Of a stretch of DNA of 64,000 bases, positions 53,487-64,000 are shown in pieces. The notes under the pieces were generated by a model, which was not told the origin of the DNA, did not search any database, and saw nothing but the letters and a program-made list of their open reading frames with translations. The first letter of the stretch is position 1. Every line of letters starts with the position of its first letter. The stretch is from the sequence record MZ170040.1. One strand, given 5' to 3'. The translations under genes and the position numbers were made by a program. The DNA is from Escherichia phage vB_EcoM_FJ1.

Positions 53487-54233
53487 TTATCCTCGGATAA
53501 GTTTAAAAATTGAACAATTTAGCGGGTATCCTCTTTTCAGTTTAAGTTTATCAATAAAAGACAAGTTTTGATACCGCTCTACACCTTGAATAATTTTATC
53601 ACACATATCATATTGCATTTCTGCTTCTGACAACTTTTTCACAGTTTTCCAATCCGAGCCTTTAAGAAGAACGTTCAGTTTAACAACTTCAGCGCCTTCT
53701 GCTATGCGAGAACCATCAATACGAGCTTTAAGTGCTATAATCATCAGCTTAATGTCAGAGGTCTGTTTTGATTTAGAAAGCTGAGAAATGTGCTCAATTC
53801 GGTTTTCACGTTTTTTCTGTATAGCTTTAATTTGATTATAAGTCTTTTTGATTTTAGCCCATTTCTTTTCATCTAAATTTAGTTTATGAACTTTTTTCGC
53901 AGATGAACGACCAATTCGCAAAGCAAACAAATCACGCTTTTCAATCAACTCTTCTAAAGTATAATCAGAACGAAATGTATTATACTTTTTCTTTACTGCA
54001 ATAACATTCCCTTTAATGTATCCAACGTTATTATCAAAACGTTCTAATGATAATTTCTCTCCTTCAATACGATTATCAAAAGGTTCTCCCGAGTAAGCAC
54101 AAACTTTCTGATCTAAAATGTTCTTAATGTAATTGAAGTCTAAGTTAAAATCTTTAGAACGTCTTTTTGCAGATGCCTGGGTATGCTCTAGACGACGTTT
54201 AATTTTACGAATTTGATTATTAGACAATTTCAT
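53487..54233 (-). CDS. srd: Srd-like protein
   Basis: 248-aa basic protein at the T4 srd position between dda and modA. Confidence 0.5.
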   Translation of the reverse strand: MKLSNNQIRKIKRRLEHTQASAKRRSKDFNLDFNYIKNILDQKVCAYSGEPFDNRIEGEKLSLERFDNNVGYIKGNVIAVKKKYNTFRSDYTLEELIEKRDLFALRIGRSSAKKVHKLNLDEKKWAKIKKTYNQIKAIQKKRENRIEHISQLSKSKQTSDIKLMIIALKARIDGSRIAEGAEVVKLNVLLKGSDWKTVKKLSEAEMQYDMCDKIIQGVERYQNLSFIDKLKLKRGYPLNCSIFKLIRG

Positions 54234-54356
54234 ATTTTTCTCACATCTTACGGACGGTTAACTACTTATACTATAACATTTTTACCTTAACTTGTAAACA
54301 ACTTTATGTAAAAATGCTTTAAAACTTTCATGGTATAATGAATCTAAGTCCTTCCA

Positions 54357-54959
54357 TTATAGATTAAATCCTTCAAAATCAAGAGTATAGATAGTGTATG
54401 TTGAATACTTTTTGTACTCATATCTATCTGCAATTCTAAATACACTTCCAGCTGGTATCATTACTTCTTGTTCATCTGAAACTAATTCCATATTACGATA
54501 ACGATGACTATCCGGAAACTTAAAGTTTGGATTGTATTCTTTACAGCGTAGAGCTTTTATAGCATACTCCTGGAAATTGAATACCATAGGAGCTTTGAAT
54601 TCAAAAATAACCTGTGTGTTATACTCTAAACCGGAAGCAAAATGTAGAGCTATATTTTTATCATATGAAGCTGATACTACTTTATCAAATGTAATAATAT
54701 CAATTCCTTGATTTAATACTTGTTTAGTCTCAGCTGGAACACCTCTCCAAAGAGGTTTATCGTTTGGAACCAAACGAGATTTGATTATTTCATTTAACCA
54801 AGTATGGTCATCTGGCTTATTGGTAATACAATGAATTAAAAGTTCAATTTCAGATAAATTAAACCCTTCAGAAAGCAATTCTTCACGAATAGAAGCACGC
54901 ACCGATGCATCCATTGATTTTATTTTAAAATCTTTTAGTTGCATTACTGAGTATTTCAT
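54357..54959 (-). CDS. modA: ADP-ribosyltransferase ModA
   Basis: 200 aa; ART R-S-E elements (LWRG, SASY, EQEVMIP). Confidence 0.8.
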   Translation of the reverse strand: MKYSVMQLKDFKIKSMDASVRASIREELLSEGFNLSEIELLIHCITNKPDDHTWLNEIIKSRLVPNDKPLWRGVPAETKQVLNQGIDIITFDKVVSASYDKNIALHFASGLEYNTQVIFEFKAPMVFNFQEYAIKALRCKEYNPNFKFPDSHRYRNMELVSDEQEVMIPAGSVFRIADRYEYKKYSTYTIYTLDFEGFNL

Positions 54960-55579
54960 TCAACTACCTCAATATCATAAACTTTAAATGTTCCAAATGA
55001 ATCGTGTAATTTTTCTTTTGAAATAGAAGTTATTTTATACTTTCCAATTGGAATCATCCATTCTTGTTCACGCACAATCATCATTAAGTTATCAGTACGC
55101 TCCGAATCTAATCCATCAGTATCTTCATACGTGTACTTAAACTCAGTATTAGGAGAAGAAAGTATAATATCGCTGATATGGTCAGAATAATTAAAAGCTT
55201 TATCAGTTTTTAAGCGAAGTATTATTTTAGTAAAATATTCAGCATAAGAAAAAGAACATGCTGTGAGCAAACTAGTAGTAAATGAATCTACCCTGTTCGT
55301 TGAAAACACTTCTCCAACTTGTAAATCTTTAATGAGTTCTTCTGTTGATTTTGATATACCACGATATAACTGATAAGGCGATTTAGTTAAATGCTTTTTA
55401 ATGATTTTATTCAACTGTCGATGAAGAGCTTCATTCTTTTTAGCTTCCATACATTGCCAAAGAACTGACTGCTCAAAGTCAGTAAATTTTTCACAGACCT
55501 TTTTATACATATCATATTGAAAATCAACGCTTTCAGCTTTTATAGATAACTGTTCAACATCTGCAAGATTAATAATCAT
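54956..55579 (-). CDS. modB: ADP-ribosyltransferase ModB
   Basis: 207 aa; paralog of modA (LYRG ... EQEWMIP). Confidence 0.8.
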   Translation of the reverse strand: MIINLADVEQLSIKAESVDFQYDMYKKVCEKFTDFEQSVLWQCMEAKKNEALHRQLNKIIKKHLTKSPYQLYRGISKSTEELIKDLQVGEVFSTNRVDSFTTSLLTACSFSYAEYFTKIILRLKTDKAFNYSDHISDIILSSPNTEFKYTYEDTDGLDSERTDNLMMIVREQEWMIPIGKYKITSISKEKLHDSFGTFKVYDIEVVE

Positions 55580-55646
55580 GATAGCCTCCGTATACTTCAG
55601 AAGCTATCATATCATCGTTAGAAAGGAAAGTAAACAACTTTTTGAA

Positions 55647-55829
55647 TTATTTTGCCCAGGGAGCCCAGGGCGGAGGGTCAAGATGGTATGAAGCTAGTTC
55701 TTCTAGAAGAGCATCTGGGGCTTCAATTCCATAATTCTGTAATACTATACGGTACTCTTTCTTATAATCACTAGAATCATTCTGGATATTCGTAGAATGA
55801 TTATCTTCTAACATCTCAAATAAATCCAT
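55647..55829 (-). CDS. hypothetical protein
   Basis: 60-aa ORF. Confidence 0.45.
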   Translation of the reverse strand: MDLFEMLEDNHSTNIQNDSSDYKKEYRIVLQNYGIEAPDALLEELASYHLDPPPWAPWAK

Positions 55830-55837
55830 ATTAATTC

Positions 55838-56308
55838 CTAGCGATAAAAACCAAAATGACGATTAGCTTCAGCAATCTTTCTTTCTTCTTCGGACATTCT
55901 CCAGCGTAGTCCAACATCAAAATGAGCCCAGACCATCCTAACAAATGCATTTATATCTTTAATATCTTCAATAATGAATGTTTTACTTTTAGAAGGTTGA
56001 CTCGCTAATTTAACTTTATCGTCTTCAAACATGTCAAAAAGACCATATTCATGAGCTCTTTTATAGCCTTTAATAGTTAAAGCTTCAGAAGAAGAAAACG
56101 GTGAATCAGTATTCTGCAAAATATCTTCAGTATGCTTTATAATTAGAATAACATTTTCTGGATATTTTCTTTCTTTTATATCTTTAATTAAAAAATCCGG
56201 ATTTTCTGCTAAAGGAATAATCAATGAGCAATTTTTATCAAGCGTATTTACTGATTTACCTTCTTTAGACATAAATTCTATTGAATAATGTTTTGCTACT
56301 TCAATCAT
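55838..56308 (-). CDS. hypothetical protein
   Basis: 156-aa ORF. Confidence 0.5.
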   Translation of the reverse strand: MIEVAKHYSIEFMSKEGKSVNTLDKNCSLIIPLAENPDFLIKDIKERKYPENVILIIKHTEDILQNTDSPFSSSEALTIKGYKRAHEYGLFDMFEDDKVKLASQPSKSKTFIIEDIKDINAFVRMVWAHFDVGLRWRMSEEERKIAEANRHFGFYR

Positions 56309-56461
56309 GTGATTTCCTTTTGCCTACTAATGGACCGTCAGGAATTTTGTTTTCCTGGATATATTTCTCATTTTCTTCCATCATTTTACTGCCAATTTTA
56401 AGAAGCAAATCCAAGGCTTCATTTGCTTTTGCTTTGGCCTCTTCTAACGTCATATCTCTGT

Positions 56462-56665
56462 TCATGATTTATCCCCATAGATGTCTCTCATTAATTTAAG
56501 AGCTGAGCGCTCTAATTTCTTTTCTTTCTCAGCACTAATCATTGATTTCATCCATTCTTCTGATTCATTCTGCATTTCTTTATTTGCTTGTTCAACCCAA
56601 CCATCATCAATGTACATTGAGTTTGGTCTACTGAACCATTCAAGCATTTTCTTCAGAACTTTCAT
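56462..56665 (-). CDS. hypothetical protein
   Basis: 67-aa ORF. Confidence 0.45.
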   Translation of the reverse strand: MKVLKKMLEWFSRPNSMYIDDGWVEQANKEMQNESEEWMKSMISAEKEKKLERSALKLMRDIYGDKS

Positions 56666-57158
56666 TTGTTTTACCTAAAACAACAGTAGGAGCATCATCA
56701 AATTCATGAATTTTTAGCAAATTTGGATGTAAACTATTCCATACAGAAGAAATAAAGTATGATAAAGCATCTTCACTCACAATTATAAATTTATTTCCTT
56801 TATCTATTTTCCAGCTATATACTGAATCATACGAATAGAAAGATAAAGGTTTATCATTATATTGTTCTGCGCTAACATTAATGTATTCGGATTTAGTAAA
56901 TGCTTCAATTGCTCTAAACGGAATATTTGGTACAGTTTCAATAATTCCGATCTTTTTAAGTTTTATTTCAGCATCTTCTGGAACTGGCATTGAAACAAAA
57001 TTTTCTACGAGATACATAGGGTCACAATAACCCTTATCAATCATTACTGCTACGGTAATTGGAACGTCTTTAGCAAACGACATGCTATTACTGCTAATAT
57101 ACATTTCAAACAAAATCGCTTCCATAATTTTCCTCAATCGCAAGATGTAGATGAACAA
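56640..57158 (-). CDS. hypothetical protein
   Basis: 172-aa ORF. Confidence 0.5.
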   Translation of the reverse strand: MFIYILRLRKIMEAILFEMYISSNSMSFAKDVPITVAVMIDKGYCDPMYLVENFVSMPVPEDAEIKLKKIGIIETVPNIPFRAIEAFTKSEYINVSAEQYNDKPLSFYSYDSVYSWKIDKGNKFIIVSEDALSYFISSVWNSLHPNLLKIHEFDDAPTVVLGKTNESSEENA

Positions 57159-57466
57159 CCAGAATCACAAGAACTTCCGCATGAATCACCTGCCCATACA
57201 TGAACAGGGACATTTGTATCATATGAATCAGAACTAGACTGTGTATTAGATGATGTAGTAGGTACTGACCAGCGCCAAGGATTTTTATAATATTCTTGGG
57301 CTTCTTCATAAGTCATAGTAACTGCTTCTACTGTTCCATCTCCCATATAAACATATTCAACTACAGTTAAAGGGAGGTAGTCGTTTGAAATAGGAACTAC
57401 ACCTTCTCCGGGAGTTGTAGAGAAAAAATCCGTAAAGAAACTTTTAAACCAATTAAAGATAAACAT
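57134..57466 (-). CDS. hypothetical protein with Cys/Ser-rich C-terminal tail
   Basis: 110 aa ending ...[19 protein letters not shown]. Confidence 0.5.
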   Translation of the reverse strand: MFIFNWFKSFFTDFFSTTPGEGVVPISNDYLPLTVVEYVYMGDGTVEAVTMTYEEAQEYYKNPWRWSVPTTSSNTQSSSDSYDTNVPVHVWAGDSCGSSCDSGCSSTSCD

Positions 57467-57672
57467 TACAAAAAGCCTCTCTTGAATTCGACTTGCTTTT
57501 CGCCATAATCATATCGAATCTCTGCATTAAATTCGACAGAACCATCTGCGTACATCATAAATGAATGCACAACAACTTCTGTAGACCATGGCTGTAGTTC
57601 ATATTTCTTCATTACATGTCGTGAAATGATAATATCTAAATCTTCATTTGGTTTAATCCAGCGATTTAACAT
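57466..57672 (-). CDS. hypothetical protein
   Basis: 68-aa ORF preceded by early promoter. Confidence 0.5.
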   Translation of the reverse strand: MLNRWIKPNEDLDIIISRHVMKKYELQPWSTEVVVHSFMMYADGSVEFNAEIRYDYGEKQVEFKRGFL

Positions 57673-57692
57673 AGTGCTCTCCTCTATAAGAT

Positions 57693-57730
57693 AATTCTAT
57701 TATACCATACTCATTTTGGAAAGTAAACCA
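57693..57730 (-). promoter_or_regulatory. T4 early-type promoter (-35 GTTTAC, 18-nt spacer, -10 TATAAT)
   Basis: minus strand GTTTAC 57723..57728, TATAAT 57699..57704. Confidence 0.55.
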
Positions 57731-57735
57731 TTTAA

Positions 57736-57761
57736 ATGAAAAAGGACTCCCGAAGGAGTCC
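57736..57761 (-). terminator. rho-independent terminator after soc
   Basis: GGACTCC-TTCG-GGAGTCC hairpin plus T-run on minus strand, immediately after soc stop. Confidence 0.65.
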
Positions 57762-57767
57762 TTGAAT

Positions 57768-58013
57768 TTATTCACCAGTTACTTTCCACAAATCTTCATT
57801 TGCAGCAATCCATTCAGTACGTTGATTTTCTTCATATACTGTAGAATATGCTGCTTTTTCTGAAGGGAATGTCTGATAATGAGCACCAGAAATTTTGTGA
57901 ACGTCAGAATAAAGAGGGAAAGCTACAGAAATTTCCTTTCCTTCAATTTTCTTATTTCCATCTAATTTCTGCTCAAATGTTTTGATATTAACATAACCGC
58001 GAGTACTAGCCAT
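57768..58013 (-). CDS. soc: Soc small outer capsid protein
   Basis: 81 aa, MASTRGYVNIKTFEQKLDGNKKIEGKEISVAFPLYSDVHKISGAHYQTF... Confidence 0.9.
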   Translation of the reverse strand: MASTRGYVNIKTFEQKLDGNKKIEGKEISVAFPLYSDVHKISGAHYQTFPSEKAAYSTVYEENQRTEWIAANEDLWKVTGE

Positions 58014-58043
58014 GTAATTCTCCTTTTATTTAAATTACATGAT

Positions 58044-58051
58044 TATTTATA
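58044..58051 (-). promoter_or_regulatory. T4 late promoter TATAAATA upstream of soc
   Basis: minus strand TATAAATA 30 nt upstream of soc ATG, overlapping the 3' end of the segF-like ORF. Confidence 0.65.
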
Positions 58052-58736
58052 CATCTTCTTTTCTGAATAAGTAAATTAAATTCTTAAGAGCTGAACTTGT
58101 TACATCATATTTTCCTTTAAGCGCCTTTACAACCGGGCCTGTTGCTGGTTTACCTAAAGAAACCCATAACTCATGTATTTCGCTTTTAAGCGGTTCATGC
58201 CAATGCGGCGCTTTTCTTTGCGCCCTTGAAGTTCCTTCTGAAATCTTTTTATTTCCGCCATTCGAATAAAACTTTTTCATTACTTCAGATTGCCGAGCTT
58301 TTCGTTCTGCTCTATTTTGGGCTATACGTTGTGAATTCTTCATCCGAGTTTTTGTTTCAGGATTGTTTAATCTAAGTTTATGTTCTAATCGTTGTTGCTC
58401 AGTCCATTTTCTTCCTTCTCCACCCTGACCACCAGGAGAAATATTAATGCAAGTATCTGGGTGTTTACGTTTTAATGCAGATATTAGCTCGCGTTCAACT
58501 TCATATGATTTTTCTCTAGAACCATGGCATTTTGACCAACGTATTTTATAATTAAAACCATACTTACGATATATGTTCCATAGTATTTTGCCTGACCCCG
58601 GATATTTATCATCATATGGATTTACAATAAATGATTCATGTTTCCCAGCGTACCAAAAGACGCCTTTCGGCGTCCTAACTTTTACGATATATGTTCTATA
58701 AAATTTTTGTTTAATACCCATTATCTTGACGTTCAA
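58047..58736 (-). CDS. segF: freestanding GIY-YIG-like homing endonuclease (segF-like position between 56 and soc)
   Basis: 229 aa; N-terminal YIVKVRTPKGVFWYAGKH GIY-YIG-like element, basic C-terminal DNA-binding region. Confidence 0.55.
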   Translation of the reverse strand: MNVKIMGIKQKFYRTYIVKVRTPKGVFWYAGKHESFIVNPYDDKYPGSGKILWNIYRKYGFNYKIRWSKCHGSREKSYEVERELISALKRKHPDTCINISPGGQGGEGRKWTEQQRLEHKLRLNNPETKTRMKNSQRIAQNRAERKARQSEVMKKFYSNGGNKKISEGTSRAQRKAPHWHEPLKSEIHELWVSLGKPATGPVVKALKGKYDVTSSALKNLIYLFRKEDV

Positions 58737-59226
58737 AATTATGTTTATTTTTCAAATAATAAAGTTTAAAGATTTCTTCCGCATTCATTCCAAGGCCAGC
58801 AAACATATTTAATACGAAATGAAATATATCCACAAGCTCAAATTTAATTTCGAGCTGATCTTCTGGGGACATTTCATCAATGCGTTTTTCTTGCGCTTCA
58901 ATATAACGTGCTTTCCATTTTTTCCAAACTGCCGATGCATCTTTTTCACCACGTGACATTTCACCAAGAGAAGTCAGAAGTTCGCGGAATTCATCATCAA
59001 TACAGTCTTTTTGTTCACGCATCCAAGAAACAACATCACCGGCAGTTTCTAATTTATCTGGATGATAACAGTATTCGCGGTCATTTGCTAAACGAATCTG
59101 CAGAGATTTCTGCATGTCAAGCATTACCTGCAGCGGGTCTTTTTCATCACCGAGAATATCCCAATATTCATTTTGAGCTTTATCAGCGCCTTCGATCAGT
59201 TGACTACATTCGTTAAAGTAAGCCAT
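58711..59226 (-). CDS. 56: dCTPase / dCTP pyrophosphatase gp56
   Basis: 171 aa from MAYFNECSQLIEGADKAQNEYWD...; MazG-like; ORF track start 59241 is upstream Met. Confidence 0.8.
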   Translation of the reverse strand: MAYFNECSQLIEGADKAQNEYWDILGDEKDPLQVMLDMQKSLQIRLANDREYCYHPDKLETAGDVVSWMREQKDCIDDEFRELLTSLGEMSRGEKDASAVWKKWKARYIEAQEKRIDEMSPEDQLEIKFELVDIFHFVLNMFAGLGMNAEEIFKLYYLKNKHNFERQDNGY

Positions 59227-59286
59227 TATTTTTCCTTTCAATTCATTAATAAGTTAAATAATTATATCATTTGAGTATGTAAGCAA

Positions 59287-60626
<1,340 letters not shown>

Positions 60627-60645
60627 TATATCATCCTCAACAATT

Positions 60646-60683
60646 TATTTTATAATACCATAACAAGCTGAGAAAGTAAACAA
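60646..60683 (-). promoter_or_regulatory. T4 early-type promoter for the 186-aa nuclease-like ORF
   Basis: minus strand GTTTAC 60676..60681, TATTAT 60652..60657, 18-nt spacer. Confidence 0.5.
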
Positions 60684-60716
60684 ATTTATGATAAATATTA
60701 ATTTAAAGGAGGACAT

Positions 60717-60917
60717 ATGGTACAAAAATTAATGGCACTTGTTAATGCCATAAAAGGTAATAAGAAACGTATAGCTTTTACTATTTCTGCTATGATAGGA
60801 ATTTTACTTTGGAATTTTGTTTTATCGCCAGTTGCTATTGCTCATGGTGTTAATATTCCAGTAATTACTCTTGATACATTCGTAGATTTAGCATTTGCTT
60901 TAGTTGGGTTAATTTAA
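60717..60917 (+). CDS. small membrane protein (66 aa) on the opposite strand
   Basis: strong SD AAGGAGG 6 nt before ATG; two hydrophobic segments (IAFTISAMIGILLWNFVLSPVAIA, FVDLAFALVGLI). Confidence 0.5.
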   Translation: MVQKLMALVNAIKGNKKRIAFTISAMIGILLWNFVLSPVAIAHGVNIPVITLDTFVDLAFALVGLI

Positions 60918-61942
60918 ATCTTAGCATATTTAGATAGCCGCATTTTAGCCATTAACCCCTGGGCAATATTATTTTTCATATATTCCATAATTTGTTCAGG
61001 GGTTGCACCTTCCTTTCTAATCATATCATTAACATCTTTTGATTTCCAGGGAGATTTATCCCAAAACATAACCCTTTCTCCTGCATCAACTAATTTAGTC
61101 ATTCGTTTAATAGTGTCAGGGTGACGAGGTTCATTATCTAAAACCCACACTCGTCTATCTTTAAATGGAACAACTTCTAGGTCTAATTGACCACCCGTAA
61201 TAGCTATACCATTTTCAATAAAAAGTGAATCTATAGGTCCTTCTAGAACATATACATCACCATCTTTAACTCGTTCGACTCCATAGATTTTTGTTGCTTC
61301 AGGATAAGCTTTGATGGTGATATATTTTTGAGGAGCATCTTTCTTTAATGCACGTCCTTGAAACGACTCAGCTTTTCCATTAGCATTATAAATTGGAATA
61401 ACAAGACGAGGCTCAGAAATTTCCTTTTTATATGTTCCCGGTGCTATGCTATTAACCAATTTAGGCCATTCGGTTGTAAACCAAAGATATTTCCATTTAT
61501 CCTTTGGAATACAACGAGCTTTTACATATTTTATAATTGGATGGTCTTCCGCCAGTTTATCTAATCTAACACATGACGGAAGAGATTTAATTATTTTCTT
61601 CTCAGGTTGTTTAGGAAGTTCTTTAGGTTTTTCTACTGGACGACTTTTACCTTTTTCTTTTCTTATTTCAAAGATATACTCACGATATAAATCAGGTTCA
61701 AACTCCTTTAAATATATTCCGATTGGTGCATGATAGTTACAGTTATAACAATGAATATTTCCTTCATTATTATCACCATAATACCATCCACGGGCTTTAT
61801 TTTGGTCGGTTTTTGAATCTCCACACACTGGGCATCTAAACCGTAATTTAAAAGTTGAACTATTATTTACTTGTGTGAATTTAGGTAAATGAGCTAATGC
61901 ACGGTATGCAAACTCATTATCAATCCAAGGTATTGATGACAT
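60914..61942 (-). CDS. 61: gp61 DNA primase
   Basis: 342 aa; N-terminal zinc ribbon CPVCGDS...CYNC and TOPRIM-like region. Confidence 0.85.
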   Translation of the reverse strand: MSSIPWIDNEFAYRALAHLPKFTQVNNSSTFKLRFRCPVCGDSKTDQNKARGWYYGDNNEGNIHCYNCNYHAPIGIYLKEFEPDLYREYIFEIRKEKGKSRPVEKPKELPKQPEKKIIKSLPSCVRLDKLAEDHPIIKYVKARCIPKDKWKYLWFTTEWPKLVNSIAPGTYKKEISEPRLVIPIYNANGKAESFQGRALKKDAPQKYITIKAYPEATKIYGVERVKDGDVYVLEGPIDSLFIENGIAITGGQLDLEVVPFKDRRVWVLDNEPRHPDTIKRMTKLVDAGERVMFWDKSPWKSKDVNDMIRKEGATPEQIMEYMKNNIAQGLMAKMRLSKYAKI

Positions 61943-61944
61943 TT

Positions 61945-62109
61945 TTACTCTTCTTTTTCTTTAGATTCCTCTTTTTTCTTTTTAGGAATCTGTTCAGGAC
62001 CTTTATTTACTACAGCGCCTGATGTTGTTCCAGTAGAGATATTTTCAGGATTACCACCTGAATCTCCAGCGACCATATCTTCTTTGATAAATTCTTTATA
62101 TGTTTTCAT
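61945..62109 (-). CDS. small ORF (54 aa; 61.1-like), not in ORF track
   Basis: hand-translated MKTYKEFIKEDMVAGDSGGNPENISTGTTSGAVVNKGPEQIPKKKKEESKEKEE. Confidence 0.45.
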   Translation of the reverse strand: MKTYKEFIKEDMVAGDSGGNPENISTGTTSGAVVNKGPEQIPKKKKEESKEKEE

Positions 62110-62110
62110 A

Positions 62111-62737
62111 TTAACCTCTATTCATAAAAGCATTAAAAATTTGGTCATCAATAGAAACATTTACTTTAGACTGTTCTTCAAACGGTAATTCATATCCACA
62201 TATTACAATTTTGTGATCAATATCAAAATACACAGAAGCAATATGATTAATGATGTTTTCAGTAAAGTCTAAATCAACATCAATATCTTTTTGACCACAG
62301 CCCAAAGGATAAATAATGCGAGTAATTCGATTATCTTTAACAAATATTCCACCGACATACTCTGTACTGCGTTTAAAGTCTACACGCCGACGAAATGAAA
62401 AATATTCAGACTCTTTATGAGCTCGGCTCATAGGACACAACGAATAACTAGAATAAGAAATGTCAAATCCTACGCCTTCAATATGAACTAAATTGTCATG
62501 ATTAAACCAATTATAATCATATGCCAAGTCCATTAGATTGTCATATGTGAAAGGCACCGGATTAACATCATTGGTCACAAGCATATAATTAGCAACTGCT
62601 ATAATTTCATTATTTTTAACGAATACAAACCGTGATTGATGCGAATGGCCTGGACCTGCGTTTTCACGATTAATGATATAACACTGGGCACCTTTATATT
62701 TGTATGTATCTTTGCACTTGTGCATTTGATAGAGCAT
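62111..62737 (-). CDS. hypothetical protein
   Basis: 208-aa ORF. Confidence 0.55.
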   Translation of the reverse strand: MLYQMHKCKDTYKYKGAQCYIINRENAGPGHSHQSRFVFVKNNEIIAVANYMLVTNDVNPVPFTYDNLMDLAYDYNWFNHDNLVHIEGVGFDISYSSYSLCPMSRAHKESEYFSFRRRVDFKRSTEYVGGIFVKDNRITRIIYPLGCGQKDIDVDLDFTENIINHIASVYFDIDHKIVICGYELPFEEQSKVNVSIDDQIFNAFMNRG

Positions 62738-63030
62738 TATTCACCTACCACTTCAGCGATGATATTTTTATTATTAAAGTTTTTATCGCAATACAGAACA
62801 TAATTATACTGCATTACACCACCAGACTTAAGCTGTTTTTGCACTTCAGCTTTCATTTCAGGACGATCGCGCTCAACGATATTCATAATATCTGCTTCAA
62901 TTTGGGTTTCAACTTCAGTCTGATCAGCAGTCATAGACCATTCGCACAAATCTTTATCATAACCTGCCATAGCAGGCTGAGCAGCACAAGAAGCTAAAGC
63001 AAAAATTGTAGCAAAGATAAATTTTTTCAT
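62737..63030 (-). CDS. sp: Spackle periplasmic protein (superinfection exclusion / lysozyme inhibitor)
   Basis: 97 aa; signal peptide MKKFIFATIFALASCAAQPAMA. Confidence 0.8.
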   Translation of the reverse strand: MKKFIFATIFALASCAAQPAMAGYDKDLCEWSMTADQTEVETQIEADIMNIVERDRPEMKAEVQKQLKSGGVMQYNYVLYCDKNFNNKNIIAEVVGE

Positions 63031-63088
63031 GATAATCTCCTCAGTAGTTTATGTTTATAGTATCTCAATTTCCAACAAAAGTAAACAG

Positions 63089-63346
63089 CTATTTTAAAAC
63101 TTTTGCATAATCACATGTTACAAACTGTTTCTCTAGCTTGACGATTTTACGAAAGTATCTTTTGCATTGGCGAATCTGCCGCTTCGTAGGGCGAACAGCA
63201 AACTTAATAAATTCCACTCGACCAAATGGAGGACTTTCTTCTGCTGGAATATCTAATACCAATTCCCACGTATCGGCAATAAGTGCTTTGAATTGCGTAT
63301 TTTTCCTGACGCTATACGGAGTAGGTTTAAATAAAACAATATGCAT
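63089..63346 (-). CDS. hypothetical protein (61.4-like)
   Basis: 85 aa from MHIVLFKPTPYSV... with SD GAGGA; ORF track start 63388 would overlap dmd. Confidence 0.5.
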   Translation of the reverse strand: MHIVLFKPTPYSVRKNTQFKALIADTWELVLDIPAEESPPFGRVEFIKFAVRPTKRQIRQCKRYFRKIVKLEKQFVTCDYAKVLK

Positions 63347-63347
63347 A

Positions 63348-63530
63348 TTATCCTCGGCAATCCACTTCACATACTTTCTTGTCATCAATGAAAGCTTTAA
63401 CTAATGCTTTATTAACTTCAGCATACTGAGTAGTAGCCCATTGAACGTCATCTTTCATCATTGTGATTTCTTTAGTAAACATGCTTTCATTCTTAAACCA
63501 CCCCATAAAAACTACCTTTACCAATTCCAT
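63348..63530 (-). CDS. dmd: Dmd antitoxin (inhibitor of RnlA/LsoA toxins)
   Basis: 60 aa, MELVKVVFMGWFKNESMFTKEITMMKDDVQWATTQYAEVNKALVKAFIDDKKVCEVDCRG. Confidence 0.8.
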   Translation of the reverse strand: MELVKVVFMGWFKNESMFTKEITMMKDDVQWATTQYAEVNKALVKAFIDDKKVCEVDCRG

Positions 63531-63588
63531 AACAATCTCCTCATTTAACCAACAAGACTACTATACCATAGTCTTGTCAGCTTGTAAA

Positions 63589-64000
63589 CTAAAATTTTAA
63601 TTCATTCGCCAAAGCATCTAACTGAGCTCGAGTCGATTCGTTTCTTTGATAGCGATTCTGTTCAGCCTGAATCTGCTGTGAACCTGCTACTTCGTTCACT
63701 TCAGTTGGAGTAGAATCTTGTTCAATTTCTACCCATTTCTGATTTCCTTTTTGAACACCCATCAAAAACTTATTCCATTTATTCTTATCACCATATCGTG
63801 ATTTGATTTGCTTAATGAGTTGTTGTTCAGCAGCTGCTAACTCCTCGGTTTCAATGACCGCAAGCATAAAATCAGCTGTCGCTGGAAGACCAGCAGATTC
63901 TGCGATATCACTCATGTTAACATCGGAAGAGTCCCAAGCTTGTTTACCAACCTGTGCTGCAGTCCAAAGAACAGTTTCAGTTTCAACAGCCAGAGCACGC
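63589..64000 (-). CDS. 41: gp41 replicative helicase, C-terminal fragment (gene continues beyond window end)
   Basis: frame stays open upstream of the listed Met to position 64000 (...RALAVETETVLWTAAQVGKQAWDSSDVNMSDIAESAGLPATADFMLAVIE...), ends ...LDALANELKF. Confidence 0.6.
   Translation of the reverse strand, partial: RALAVETETVLWTAAQVGKQAWDSSDVNMSDIAESAGLPATADFMLAVIETEELAAAEQQLIKQIKSRYGDKNKWNKFLMGVQKGNQKWVEIEQDSTPTEVNEVAGSQQIQAEQNRYQRNESTRAQLDALANELKF

Overview
This 64-kb window is a contiguous segment of a T4-like (T-even, Tequatrovirus-type) lytic phage genome; it is not a bacterial chromosome and carries no integrase, transposase, rRNA, tRNA or CRISPR. Read on the + strand it runs from the 5' end of the DNA ligase gene (30, partial) through rIII, 31, cd, pseT, alc, rnlA, denA, nrdB, nrdA, td, frd, 32, 59, 33, dsbA and rnh (all on the - strand), then the + strand late tail-fiber block 34-35-36-37-38 and holin t, then a second - strand early block asiA, arn, motA, 52, stp, ndd, denB, rIIB, rIIA, 39, dexA, dda, srd, modA, modB, soc, 56, dam, 61, sp, dmd and the 3' end of 41 (partial). 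Gene identities rest on translated sequences recalled from T4 and on catalytic motifs; no database search was possible. Start codons are approximate because the ORF track also opens ORFs at TTG/GTG and at upstream in-frame Met. Relative to T4 the genome is mosaic: topoisomerase gene 39 is one 606-aa ORF (no gene 60 split), td and nrdB are intron-less, and gp37/gp38 are of the T2 type (glycine-rich gp38 adhesin), yet segG-like and segF-like GIY-YIG genes are present. I did not find an obvious multi-gene novel system. The most interesting candidates are an apparent insertion between dam and 61 (a PD-(D/E)xK nuclease-like early gene coupled to dam, plus an opposite-strand membrane peptide gene), an extra ORF between frd and td, a 356-bp non-coding island downstream of rIII, and a start-less hydrophobic frame directly after the gene 52 stop.
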